In this document: positions 47,129 to 54,259 of the stretch, one piece after another
Layout of the letters: every line of letters starts with the position of its first letter
Numbering within the stretch: the first letter of the stretch is position 1
Source of the DNA: an uncultured Thalassospiraceae bacterium
GTDB taxonomy: Bacteria > Pseudomonadota > Alphaproteobacteria > Rhodospirillales > JAPHRK01
NCBI GenBank assembly: GCA_965368165.1
Contig: CBDULT010000003.1
Location: 133,474 to 197,473 of the forward strand
DNA length: 64,000 nucleotides
Direction: 5' to 3'
The notes under the pieces: model-generated
Database searches by the model: none
The model's input: only the letters and a program-made list of their open reading frames with translations
Told to the model about the DNA's origin: nothing
Made by a program: the position numbers and the translations under genes

Positions 47129-48712
47129 TTGTTGGATGCATTTAAGACTGCACTCAGGGTGCCATTCCTCTATTTCGAAGGACTTCTGGATGCTATTTTT
47201 GGGCAGCGGTTTAATCCGGTGTACCATCTTGGCGCACTCTGCTGGTTTTTCTATTGGATCGTTGCAATTACGGGTCTTTACCTGTTCATGGTTTTTGATA
47301 CAGGCGTACATGTCGTATACGAATCAATTGAATGGTTAACCAATGAGCAGTGGTGGTTTGGCGGCATCGCCCGGAGCCTCCACCGTTATGCTTCTGATGG
47401 TATGGTTTTTGCCATGCTTATTCATATGCTGCGGGAATTTGCCTTAGATCGTTATCATGGTGTGCGGTGGTTTGCATGGTTTACAGGCGTGCCGCTGATC
47501 TGGCTTCTTTTGACTTCAGGGATTACAGGCTATTGGTTGGTCTGGGATGAATTAGCCCAGTACATGGCTGTCGCCTCTTTTGAATGGCTTGATTGGCTTT
47601 CAATCTTTAGTGAACCTATTGCCAACAACTTCTTGCGTGAAGGCAGCCTTGGGGATCGTTTCTTCACCTTGCTGATCTTCATCCACATTTTTGTGCCGCT
47701 ATTTATGTTGTTTATCATGTGGATTCATCTGCTGCGTATGGCGCGAGCTGAAATCAATCCACCGAAAGCGATTGCCTTGGGGGCCTTTGCTCTATTGCTT
47801 GTCCTCTCTTTGGTCTATCCAGCAACAAGCCACCCGCCTGCTGACCTGAGTAAAATTCCGGTCGTTCTTAATCTCGATTGGTGGTTCTTGTTCGGCTATC
47901 CCTTCTTGGATATGACAGGACCAGGAACTCTATGGGCTGTCGCGGTTATTGGCTCTATAATTATTGCTGTACTGCCTTTTGTTATTCCTCATCGTATACC
48001 GACCCCAGCAGTCGTTAACCTTGATAATTGTAATGGCTGTGGACGTTGTTTTGAGGACTGTCCCTTTGGTGCAGTAACAATTCAACCCCGGACGGATGGT
48101 CATCCTAAGTATGAATTTGAGGCTATTGTTAAGGATAGCTTCTGTACCGCATGTGGAACTTGTTCGGGGGCCTGTCCATCCTCAAGCCCTTATCGTCGTG
48201 GCGAAGAACTGGTCACGGGTATTGATCTTCCAGACGTCCCGCTGACGGCTATTCGGGCAAGGCTTAATGCTGAGGCTAAGCGCTTAAAAGGCGATGTTAA
48301 GATTGTTGTCTTTGGATGTGAATTCGGAGGGGCTTTGAAGGAACTCGAAAGCGATGTGGTCGGAACGGTGCAAATGTCTTGTATAGCCCAGGTTCCTCCC
48401 GCATTTATTGAATATGCTTTGTCTCGTGCTGGGTTCGACGGTCTCGTCCTTTCAGCTTGTCGCCCAGGGGATTGTTATCACCGATTGGGTGTCCATTGGA
48501 CTGAAGAACGTTTGACTGGTTATCGGGACCCCTACCTTCGTCCAAAAATTTCTCGTGACGCCATCCGTGTTACCTGGGCGCGTCCAACCGAAATGGGGAA
48601 AATTAAACGTGAACTTGGTGAGTTTGTTGAGACTGTTACCAACAGAAAGACGGCTCCTGTAATTGATTCTGCTGAAGTTACCGATGCTAACGAAACGACA
48701 ACAGGCGAGTAG
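47129..48712 (+). CDS. Fusion protein: di-heme cytochrome b core + 2x[4Fe-4S] ferredoxin domain + MvhD/FlpD-like domain
   Basis: H85/H99 and H186/H200 sit at the 14-residue register. Cluster motifs CNGCGRCFEDCP and CTACGTCSGACP. MvhD-like VVFGCEFGG...MSCIAQV...GFDGLVLSACRPGDCYH. TTG start. Confidence 0.8.
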   Translation: MLDAFKTALRVPFLYFEGLLDAIFGQRFNPVYHLGALCWFFYWIVAITGLYLFMVFDTGVHVVYESIEWLTNEQWWFGGIARSLHRYASDGMVFAMLIHMLREFALDRYHGVRWFAWFTGVPLIWLLLTSGITGYWLVWDELAQYMAVASFEWLDWLSIFSEPIANNFLREGSLGDRFFTLLIFIHIFVPLFMLFIMWIHLLRMARAEINPPKAIALGAFALLLVLSLVYPATSHPPADLSKIPVVLNLDWWFLFGYPFLDMTGPGTLWAVAVIGSIIIAVLPFVIPHRIPTPAVVNLDNCNGCGRCFEDCPFGAVTIQPRTDGHPKYEFEAIVKDSFCTACGTCSGACPSSSPYRRGEELVTGIDLPDVPLTAIRARLNAEAKRLKGDVKIVVFGCEFGGALKELESDVVGTVQMSCIAQVPPAFIEYALSRAGFDGLVLSACRPGDCYHRLGVHWTEERLTGYRDPYLRPKISRDAIRVTWARPTEMGKIKRELGEFVETVTNRKTAPVIDSAEVTDANETTTGE

Positions 48713-48721
48713 GGAAAAGAG

Positions 48722-49288
48722 ATGAAAACGAACATTGTTCCAGATAAATATTTCCCAGAAGGTATTGCCGAAAAAGTAACGCCTGCGGTGTTGGTTCGTC
48801 GCATAATAGGCTTGTCAGCTTTTGCTCTTCTGACCATGTTTATTATTGGATACTTTTCAGCGTCTCCGGCTTATCATCACTTGGCTGAAAACGAAGCCGT
48901 TATTAAAGTTAGTATTACCCATAACGGGAAACGCCTTCAGGCATGTGTGAAAAAGACACGGGCCGAGTTGGCAAAATTGCCTCCAAATATGCGGGCAAAG
49001 ATGACTTGCGGACGTGAAAGAACACCTGTTCTATTGGTTGTGGCTATTGATGGGAAAGAAATTTATCGTCATGTTTCAAAGCCTAACGGTCTTTCCAGTG
49101 ATGGAGCTTCTATTTTTTATCAAAAACTGATTGTTCCTACGGGGACTCACGAAGTAAGTGTCTTGATGCGTGACAGCGTGCGCGATGAAGGTTTTGATTT
49201 TGAATATAGAGATAAGGTTGATTTGACCAGTGGTCGCAACTTTGTTGTGACCTTTGATGAGCAAAATCGCAAATTTAAAATCTATTGA
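48722..49288 (+). CDS. Single-TM hypothetical protein co-transcribed with the cytochrome b fusion
   Basis: Starts 9 nt after the upstream stop. One TM helix (IIGLSAFALLTMFIIGYF), then a beta-rich domain with two Cys. Confidence 0.5.
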   Translation: MKTNIVPDKYFPEGIAEKVTPAVLVRRIIGLSAFALLTMFIIGYFSASPAYHHLAENEAVIKVSITHNGKRLQACVKKTRAELAKLPPNMRAKMTCGRERTPVLLVVAIDGKEIYRHVSKPNGLSSDGASIFYQKLIVPTGTHEVSVLMRDSVRDEGFDFEYRDKVDLTSGRNFVVTFDEQNRKFKIY

Positions 49289-49316
49289 TAAAAGGTTCTT
49301 GAGAGGGCTGGATTAC

Positions 49317-49330
49317 TTGACTTTTGTCAA
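49317..49330. promoter_or_regulatory. Perfect palindromic FNR/Dnr/NnrR box TTGACttttGTCAA
   Basis: Exact TTGAC-N4-GTCAA, 52 nt upstream of the first Crp/Fnr gene start. Confidence 0.7.
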
Positions 49331-49337
49331 GTATAAC

Positions 49338-49376
49338 GAATAGGTGTCGGCATTCGGCACCTATTCTTCTTATTTT
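49338..49376 (+). terminator. Rho-independent terminator after the cytochrome b operon
   Basis: 12-bp stem (49338-49349 / 49555-style pairing at 49355-49366, one G-U pair), 5-nt loop, then TTCTTATTTT. Confidence 0.6.
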
Positions 49377-49381
49377 AAACT

Positions 49382-50110
49382 GTGAGCCACGTGACAGAAA
49401 CCAGTTCCCAATTTTTACCGGATAACGCTCTTGGAGCTTTAAAAGCGACAGCTCTTTTTAAGCGGTTGCCGAAGGATCAAATCGCTACTCTTTTTAGCGG
49501 TGGGGCTGTTGAAGAAATGTCTCTTAATGAGGTCCTCTTTAAACAAGACGAAGATGCTGATCGCTTTTATTTAATTCTGAGTGGTCGCGTCGAATTGTTT
49601 GTTGAGTCGGCGAAACACAAAGAAAGCATTATCGATATTATTGGTCCGGGTGAATATTTTGGAATTGCGTCTATCTTTGAAAAAGGGGCTTTCCAAAACG
49701 GCGCTAAAGTCGTTGAAGACGCAACTTTCGTGGTCATGCCAGCGATTCCTTTCCTTGAGCACTTAGAGGGCAACTTCCCCCTTATTAAAGATATGATGGC
49801 CAGCATGTCTTTTCATCTTCGCTCCCTGGTCCGTCAGGTGAGTGAGCTAAAGCTCAAAACAACGGGGCAACGGTTGGGGAGTTTTCTTCTTGGGCTTACC
49901 GATGTTGAAACCGGCAAGGCTCAGGTAAAACTTCCCTATGACAAAAAATTACTGGCGAATCGTTTAGGGATGAAACCTGAAAGCCTCTCAAGAGCTTTAG
50001 GGAAATTAAGAGATGTGGGAGTTGTTGGGGACCATGACTCATTGATTTTAGAAGATGTGGAAACTTTAAGAATATTTTGTCAGGATTCTGACTTGATGCA
50101 GTCATCATAA
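49382..50110 (+). CDS. Crp/Fnr-family regulator, Dnr/NnrR type (no N-terminal Cys cluster)
   Basis: cNMP-binding-like beta-roll, dimerisation helix, and an HTH with the FNR-family E-x-x-S-R motif (MKPESLSRALGKL). GTG start. Confidence 0.85.
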   Translation: MSHVTETSSQFLPDNALGALKATALFKRLPKDQIATLFSGGAVEEMSLNEVLFKQDEDADRFYLILSGRVELFVESAKHKESIIDIIGPGEYFGIASIFEKGAFQNGAKVVEDATFVVMPAIPFLEHLEGNFPLIKDMMASMSFHLRSLVRQVSELKLKTTGQRLGSFLLGLTDVETGKAQVKLPYDKKLLANRLGMKPESLSRALGKLRDVGVVGDHDSLILEDVETLRIFCQDSDLMQSS

Positions 50111-50147
50111 TGCGAACCTGCGTTGGGGATTTAAAGGAAATAGGGAT

Positions 50148-50846
50148 TTGAAGTCAGTATCACGGTTATTAAGCGATGAAGACCTCGAACTGGTCTGTAA
50201 AGCACCAACCTTTATTGAACTCCCAGAAGAAGACGTTGAGCGATTGATGTCCAGTGCTTCAGCCCGGAGCATGCCCCGTCATACCTTATTGTTTAGTCAA
50301 GGCGACCCTGCTGATCGATTCTATGTGGTCCTTGGGGGGAAAGTTAAACTTTTCACTGCCATGGAAAGTGGTGATGAGGGGGTCGTCGAAATAGTTGAAC
50401 CCATCCACACTTTTGCCGAAGCGGCGATGTTTGCTTCTGGCAAATTTCCTGTAAATGCTGAAGTTGTCGAAAACTCAGTATTGGTCCAGGTAAGTGCCGA
50501 GCCTTTTTTTAGAGAGCTTTCGCAAAACACAGCCTTGGCTTTTAAAATCATGGCGGCAATGTCACGTCGTCATCGTCGCCTGCTTAGGCAAATCTCCGAC
50601 CTTAAATTAAAGTCCCCAGGTCAACGCTTAGGGTCGTTCTTGCTCTCTTTGACGGAGAAGCTAGAGGGAAAGGCTCATGTCAAACTTCCCTTCGATAAAA
50701 CCCTTATTGCCAGCCATGTGGGCATGAAACCAGAAAGCCTTTCTCGGGCTATGGCGCGCCTTAGAGATATTGGTGTGATATGTGAGAGGCGCGATGTCGA
50801 GATTAATGATATCAACGCCCTCAGGGTCTTCTGCGGCGAAGAGTAG
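50148..50846 (+). CDS. Second Crp/Fnr-family regulator, Dnr/NnrR type, tandem paralogue
   Basis: Same architecture and HTH (MKPESLSRAMARL). Strong similarity to the upstream copy (GQRLGSFLL.LT...GKA.VKLP.DK.L). TTG start. Confidence 0.85.
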   Translation: MKSVSRLLSDEDLELVCKAPTFIELPEEDVERLMSSASARSMPRHTLLFSQGDPADRFYVVLGGKVKLFTAMESGDEGVVEIVEPIHTFAEAAMFASGKFPVNAEVVENSVLVQVSAEPFFRELSQNTALAFKIMAAMSRRHRRLLRQISDLKLKSPGQRLGSFLLSLTEKLEGKAHVKLPFDKTLIASHVGMKPESLSRAMARLRDIGVICERRDVEINDINALRVFCGEE

Positions 50847-51269
50847 TTACTTCGTAACGGTAACTTCCCCTGTCATCCCTTCCTGATCCCAATGGGGGCC
50901 GCAGAGGTAAGGGTAATTACCCTCATCCTCAAATTTGATTTCAAAGGCCTCATCAGGGAAAAACCTTTCTGATTCGGGCATTTTGGCCTCTTTTGGCCAA
51001 ACACTATGGCTGGTCCGCTTATCAACATTTACCCACCGAACGGTCATTCCTGGCTTGATGGTAATTTTCATCGGGCAGAAATTATATTTGTAAGTTGTCA
51101 CCACGACCGTGTTCGCAGGTAACTTCTCACTGCCAAATAATTCCTGATAGCGTGCGTCGGCTTTTTTACAGATTGCTGCGCGCTCAGCATCTGTGCTTCC
51201 TGCTTGTGCTGAGGCAGGAAAGGTAAAGGCTGAAATTATGGCTAATGTGAGAAGTGCTTTCTGAAACAT
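50847..51269 (-). CDS. Periplasmic type-1 copper protein (cupredoxin; pseudoazurin/plastocyanin-like)
   Basis: Signal peptide (FPASAQA). Ligand set is His (RTSHSVW) plus C-GP-H-WDQEG-M at the C-terminus. Confidence 0.8.
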   Translation of the reverse strand: MFQKALLTLAIISAFTFPASAQAGSTDAERAAICKKADARYQELFGSEKLPANTVVVTTYKYNFCPMKITIKPGMTVRWVNVDKRTSHSVWPKEAKMPESERFFPDEAFEIKFEDEGNYPYLCGPHWDQEGMTGEVTVTK

Positions 51270-51350
51270 CCTTTTTCCCCGGCTTTAGGTTCAGTCTTAT
51301 AAGATGATATAGCCCGTTAGTACCGAATGCCAAGAGGGATGTTTTGTTGT

Positions 51351-51391
51351 CAAAAAAAAGATGGCGGGGATAAATTCACCCCCGCCATCTT
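51351..51391 (-). terminator. Rho-independent terminator downstream of the NirT fusion gene
   Basis: 12-bp stem (51358-51369 / 51380-51391). On the minus strand it is followed by a T-run (plus-strand A-run 51352-51357). Confidence 0.7.
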
Positions 51392-51440
51392 TCCTGGTCT
51401 AATACTCAAGTCACATAAATTAGGTTGTGACTTAAGAAGA

Positions 51441-54119
51441 TTAGTTTTTGATTGCGTTTATTTCAGCGTCACCATTATCGATGCCGAGCTTGTATTCCAG
51501 TGATACGTGGTGGAAACGAGCTGTTGTGTAGTCATCGTGAATGGCAAAACCAACGGTGTAGAGTTTACCAGGTTCAAGAGAAACCAAACCGTTGGCAGCC
51601 TTTAAAGGCCGTTTCATGGTTACGGTCCAAACGCCATCGGCGAGGGTGCCCGTATATTCTACCGATTGCCCCCCCGTCATATCACGTTTGTCGAGAACAA
51701 CACCTGATTCAGAAACGCCACCATTCCCACTGAGGAAGCGGGTGAGGTCCATGAACTGGCCGGCGCTTTTCAGGCCATCAATATCGCCTTGTGGTTTGGC
51801 TTTGTCCCAGGCACCGCGTGGTTTGCCATCGTTGCCGTTGACTTCCCATTCGGTTTTGGTTTCCAGCAAATATTTAGTAACACCTGCTTTTGCCGCGTCC
51901 TGGTCTTTAGGGTGGTCAGGCATGTAGCGTGAGTCATGGTGACAGGTTGCCCAACAGCCAGCATGTGTGGCTTTTTCAACCTTGTCATCATCAATCATCA
52001 TGGCGAACTTGATTTGGTTCGCAGGGTCCATTTTACCGCCGTCGACGAAAGGTACAGGGGCGTGGGCTACGTCAGGCCACTGGAACTGCATGTGAAGGTT
52101 TTCACCATCATTAACAGCTTTAACGCTGACTTTAATATGGCCGCGTTTGCCAGGAATTGGGGTCGGCTCGGCTTTTTCACCAGAGACGATCTTGGCACCC
52201 ATTTGCTCTTGTTCACCTTCGTGACATTCGGTGCAGCGATCATCTAATTTCTTGATCGCACGCGCCCCACCATGATCAGAGCCTTTGTAGACCCACTCAA
52301 GGGAAGCCTGCCCAGGGTATAAGAAAGTGATTTCCTTTGCAGTTGCTTTGCTAAAGTCGATGCTTCCACCACCACTAGAAGAAGCGGCGGCAGGCGTGGC
52401 AGCATCAGCAGCAGGAGCGGCAGAAACCGTCCCCCCCGCTGGGGCAGCAATGGTTGCGGCATTTACATCAGCTTCCGCATTGTCGATGCCAACCTTGTAT
52501 TCCAAGGAAACATGGTGGAACCGAGCATTGGTGAAGTCATCGTGAATGGCAAAGCCCATGGTGTAGAGCTTGTCTTTCTCGAAGGATACAAAACCATCTG
52601 AGGCTTTCAGCGGACGGGTTAAGAAAGCAACCCATTTTCCATCAACCAAATTGGCTGTGATAGTAGATTTAGCACCACCTTCCATAACGCGTTTGTCGAG
52701 GACATAACCCGTTTCGGTTTTCTTGTCGCCGCTTTTGTAGCGAACCAAGTCAAGGAAGACGCCGTCTTTCTTGTAGCCATCGATTTCAGCTTGAGGACGA
52801 GCTTTGTCCCAGGCTCCGCGAGGAACGCCATCGTTGCCGTTGACCTCCCACTCGGTTTTAGTTTCCAGCAAATATTTTGTGATACCCGCTTTAGCCGCAT
52901 CCTGGTCTTTAGGGTGATCAGGCATGTAGCGTGAATCGTGGTGACAGGTTGCCCAGCACCCGGCATGGTCAGCTTTTTCAACTTTGCCATCGTCAAACAT
53001 GACAGCAAGTTTGATTTGGTTGGCTGGATCCATTTTCCCGCCGTCAACAAAAGGAACAGGGGTGTGGCCTGCATCGTCCCATTCAAAGCGCATGTAAAGG
53101 TTTGTGCCGTCATTGGCAGCCTTTACGTTTGCTTTAATGTGACCTCGTTTGCCTGGGATGGGAGTCGGTTCGGCTTTCTCACCAGAAACGATCTTGGCAC
53201 CCATTTGCTCTTGTTCACCTTCGTGGCACTCGGTGCAACGATCGTCTAGTTTTTTGATCGCGCGTGCGCCACCATGGTCGGAGCCTTTATAGACCCACTC
53301 AAGGGAAGCTATGCCAGGGTAGAGGAGAGTAATGTCCTTCCCTTCTACACCGTCCCAAGCAATCGCTTCGGCACTTCCACCACCTGAGGCAGCGGCGGCT
53401 TTTGGTGCCGGAGCTGCTGCGGCAGCTTTTTTAGCTTCTTCAGCTTTTTGGGCATCAGCAGCGGCCTTGAGTTCACCTTTGGTTGGTTTCTTTTCTTTTG
53501 GTGGCAAGTGACGATCATCGCCTGCTTTACCATCATAAGCGTCTTCACCTTCGCGAAGCAGGCCGCTAACATCTCTGTGAGCGATGCCTTTATGACAATC
53601 GATGCAGGTCATGTTGTCGGCTTGTGCCAATTGGTGATTTTTCCAAGCACGTTTTTTCTGTTTGTCTTGCTTCATGCTATCCCAGGAGTGACAGTTACGA
53701 CATTCTCTGGAATCAGTTTCCTTCATCGCCTTCCAAACATTTTTGGCGAGCTGGAAACGCTTCGCTTCAAATTTTTCAGGCGTATCAATTGTTCCAAGAA
53801 CCTTATGAAGAACCTCGTTCGAGGCTTGGATCTTCCGGATCATTTTATAGATCCAAGGCTTAGGGACGTGACAGTCTGAACAGGTTGCACGAACACCAGT
53901 TCGGTTCTGGAAGTGAACCGTTTCTTTGTATTCCTGATAGACGTTGTCTTCCATTTCATGACATGAAATACAGAAAGGCAATGTCTGGGTAGCTTCCATA
54001 ACCGTATTGAAAGCACCCCAAAAAACGATACCGACAACAAAAAATACTGCTGCGGCGAATAATGATGCCCCTAAAGGGCGCCAGGAAAGGATACGTGTAA
54101 TCATATCACCAATGGCCAT
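51441..54119 (-). CDS. nirT: NapC/NirT tetraheme quinol dehydrogenase fused to two tandem heme-c + beta-sandwich (NirB / cytochrome c-552-like, EB_dh-type) modules
   Basis: N-terminal TM helix plus CISCH, CSDCH, CRNCH and TCIDCHKGIAH, then a Lys/Ala/Pro linker. Two ~300-aa repeats follow, each with CTECH and CWATCH. Strong SD (GGGGGGAAG). Confidence 0.85.
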   Translation of the reverse strand: MAIGDMITRILSWRPLGASLFAAAVFFVVGIVFWGAFNTVMEATQTLPFCISCHEMEDNVYQEYKETVHFQNRTGVRATCSDCHVPKPWIYKMIRKIQASNEVLHKVLGTIDTPEKFEAKRFQLAKNVWKAMKETDSRECRNCHSWDSMKQDKQKKRAWKNHQLAQADNMTCIDCHKGIAHRDVSGLLREGEDAYDGKAGDDRHLPPKEKKPTKGELKAAADAQKAEEAKKAAAAAPAPKAAAASGGGSAEAIAWDGVEGKDITLLYPGIASLEWVYKGSDHGGARAIKKLDDRCTECHEGEQEQMGAKIVSGEKAEPTPIPGKRGHIKANVKAANDGTNLYMRFEWDDAGHTPVPFVDGGKMDPANQIKLAVMFDDGKVEKADHAGCWATCHHDSRYMPDHPKDQDAAKAGITKYLLETKTEWEVNGNDGVPRGAWDKARPQAEIDGYKKDGVFLDLVRYKSGDKKTETGYVLDKRVMEGGAKSTITANLVDGKWVAFLTRPLKASDGFVSFEKDKLYTMGFAIHDDFTNARFHHVSLEYKVGIDNAEADVNAATIAAPAGGTVSAAPAADAATPAAASSSGGGSIDFSKATAKEITFLYPGQASLEWVYKGSDHGGARAIKKLDDRCTECHEGEQEQMGAKIVSGEKAEPTPIPGKRGHIKVSVKAVNDGENLHMQFQWPDVAHAPVPFVDGGKMDPANQIKFAMMIDDDKVEKATHAGCWATCHHDSRYMPDHPKDQDAAKAGVTKYLLETKTEWEVNGNDGKPRGAWDKAKPQGDIDGLKSAGQFMDLTRFLSGNGGVSESGVVLDKRDMTGGQSVEYTGTLADGVWTVTMKRPLKAANGLVSLEPGKLYTVGFAIHDDYTTARFHHVSLEYKLGIDNGDAEINAIKN
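51462..52373 (-). repeat. Internal coding repeat 2 of the NirT fusion (aa 583-886)
   Basis: See repeat 1. Shared blocks include PVPFVDGGKMDPANQIK, HAGCWATCHHDSRYMPDHPKDQDAAKAG, KYLLETKTEWEVNGNDG and ARFHHVSLEYK. Confidence 0.9.
52476..53384 (-). repeat. Internal coding repeat 1 of the NirT fusion (aa 246-548)
   Basis: Aligns along its whole length with aa 583-886 at an offset of 334 aa (1002 nt). The first 57 aligned residues from LEWVYKGS are identical. Confidence 0.9.
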
Positions 54120-54195
54120 TTTTTACTTCCCCCCGGAAGGTTTTGACGGACTGAACTAATAATAACAAAACAAATGAATTGTAACTTAAAAATAT

Positions 54196-54233
54196 TTGAG
54201 AAAAAGGCGGGTATGAAGTTTTCCATACCCGCC
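54196..54233 (-). terminator. Hairpin plus T-run between nirS and the NirT fusion gene
   Basis: Perfect 10-bp stem (54206-54215 / 54224-54233), 8-nt loop, and TTTTTCTC on the minus strand. It lies 27 nt after the nirS stop. Confidence 0.6.
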
Positions 54234-54259
54234 TGATCCTTATTTTATGTGACGCTTAC

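Noticed and set aside
51330-51350. TTTTGttgtCAAAA upstream of the cupredoxin gene as an FNR box.
   Set aside because: It is palindromic, but the TTG/CAA cores are separated by 4 nt rather than 8 nt, so it does not fit the TTGAT-N4-ATCAA geometry.
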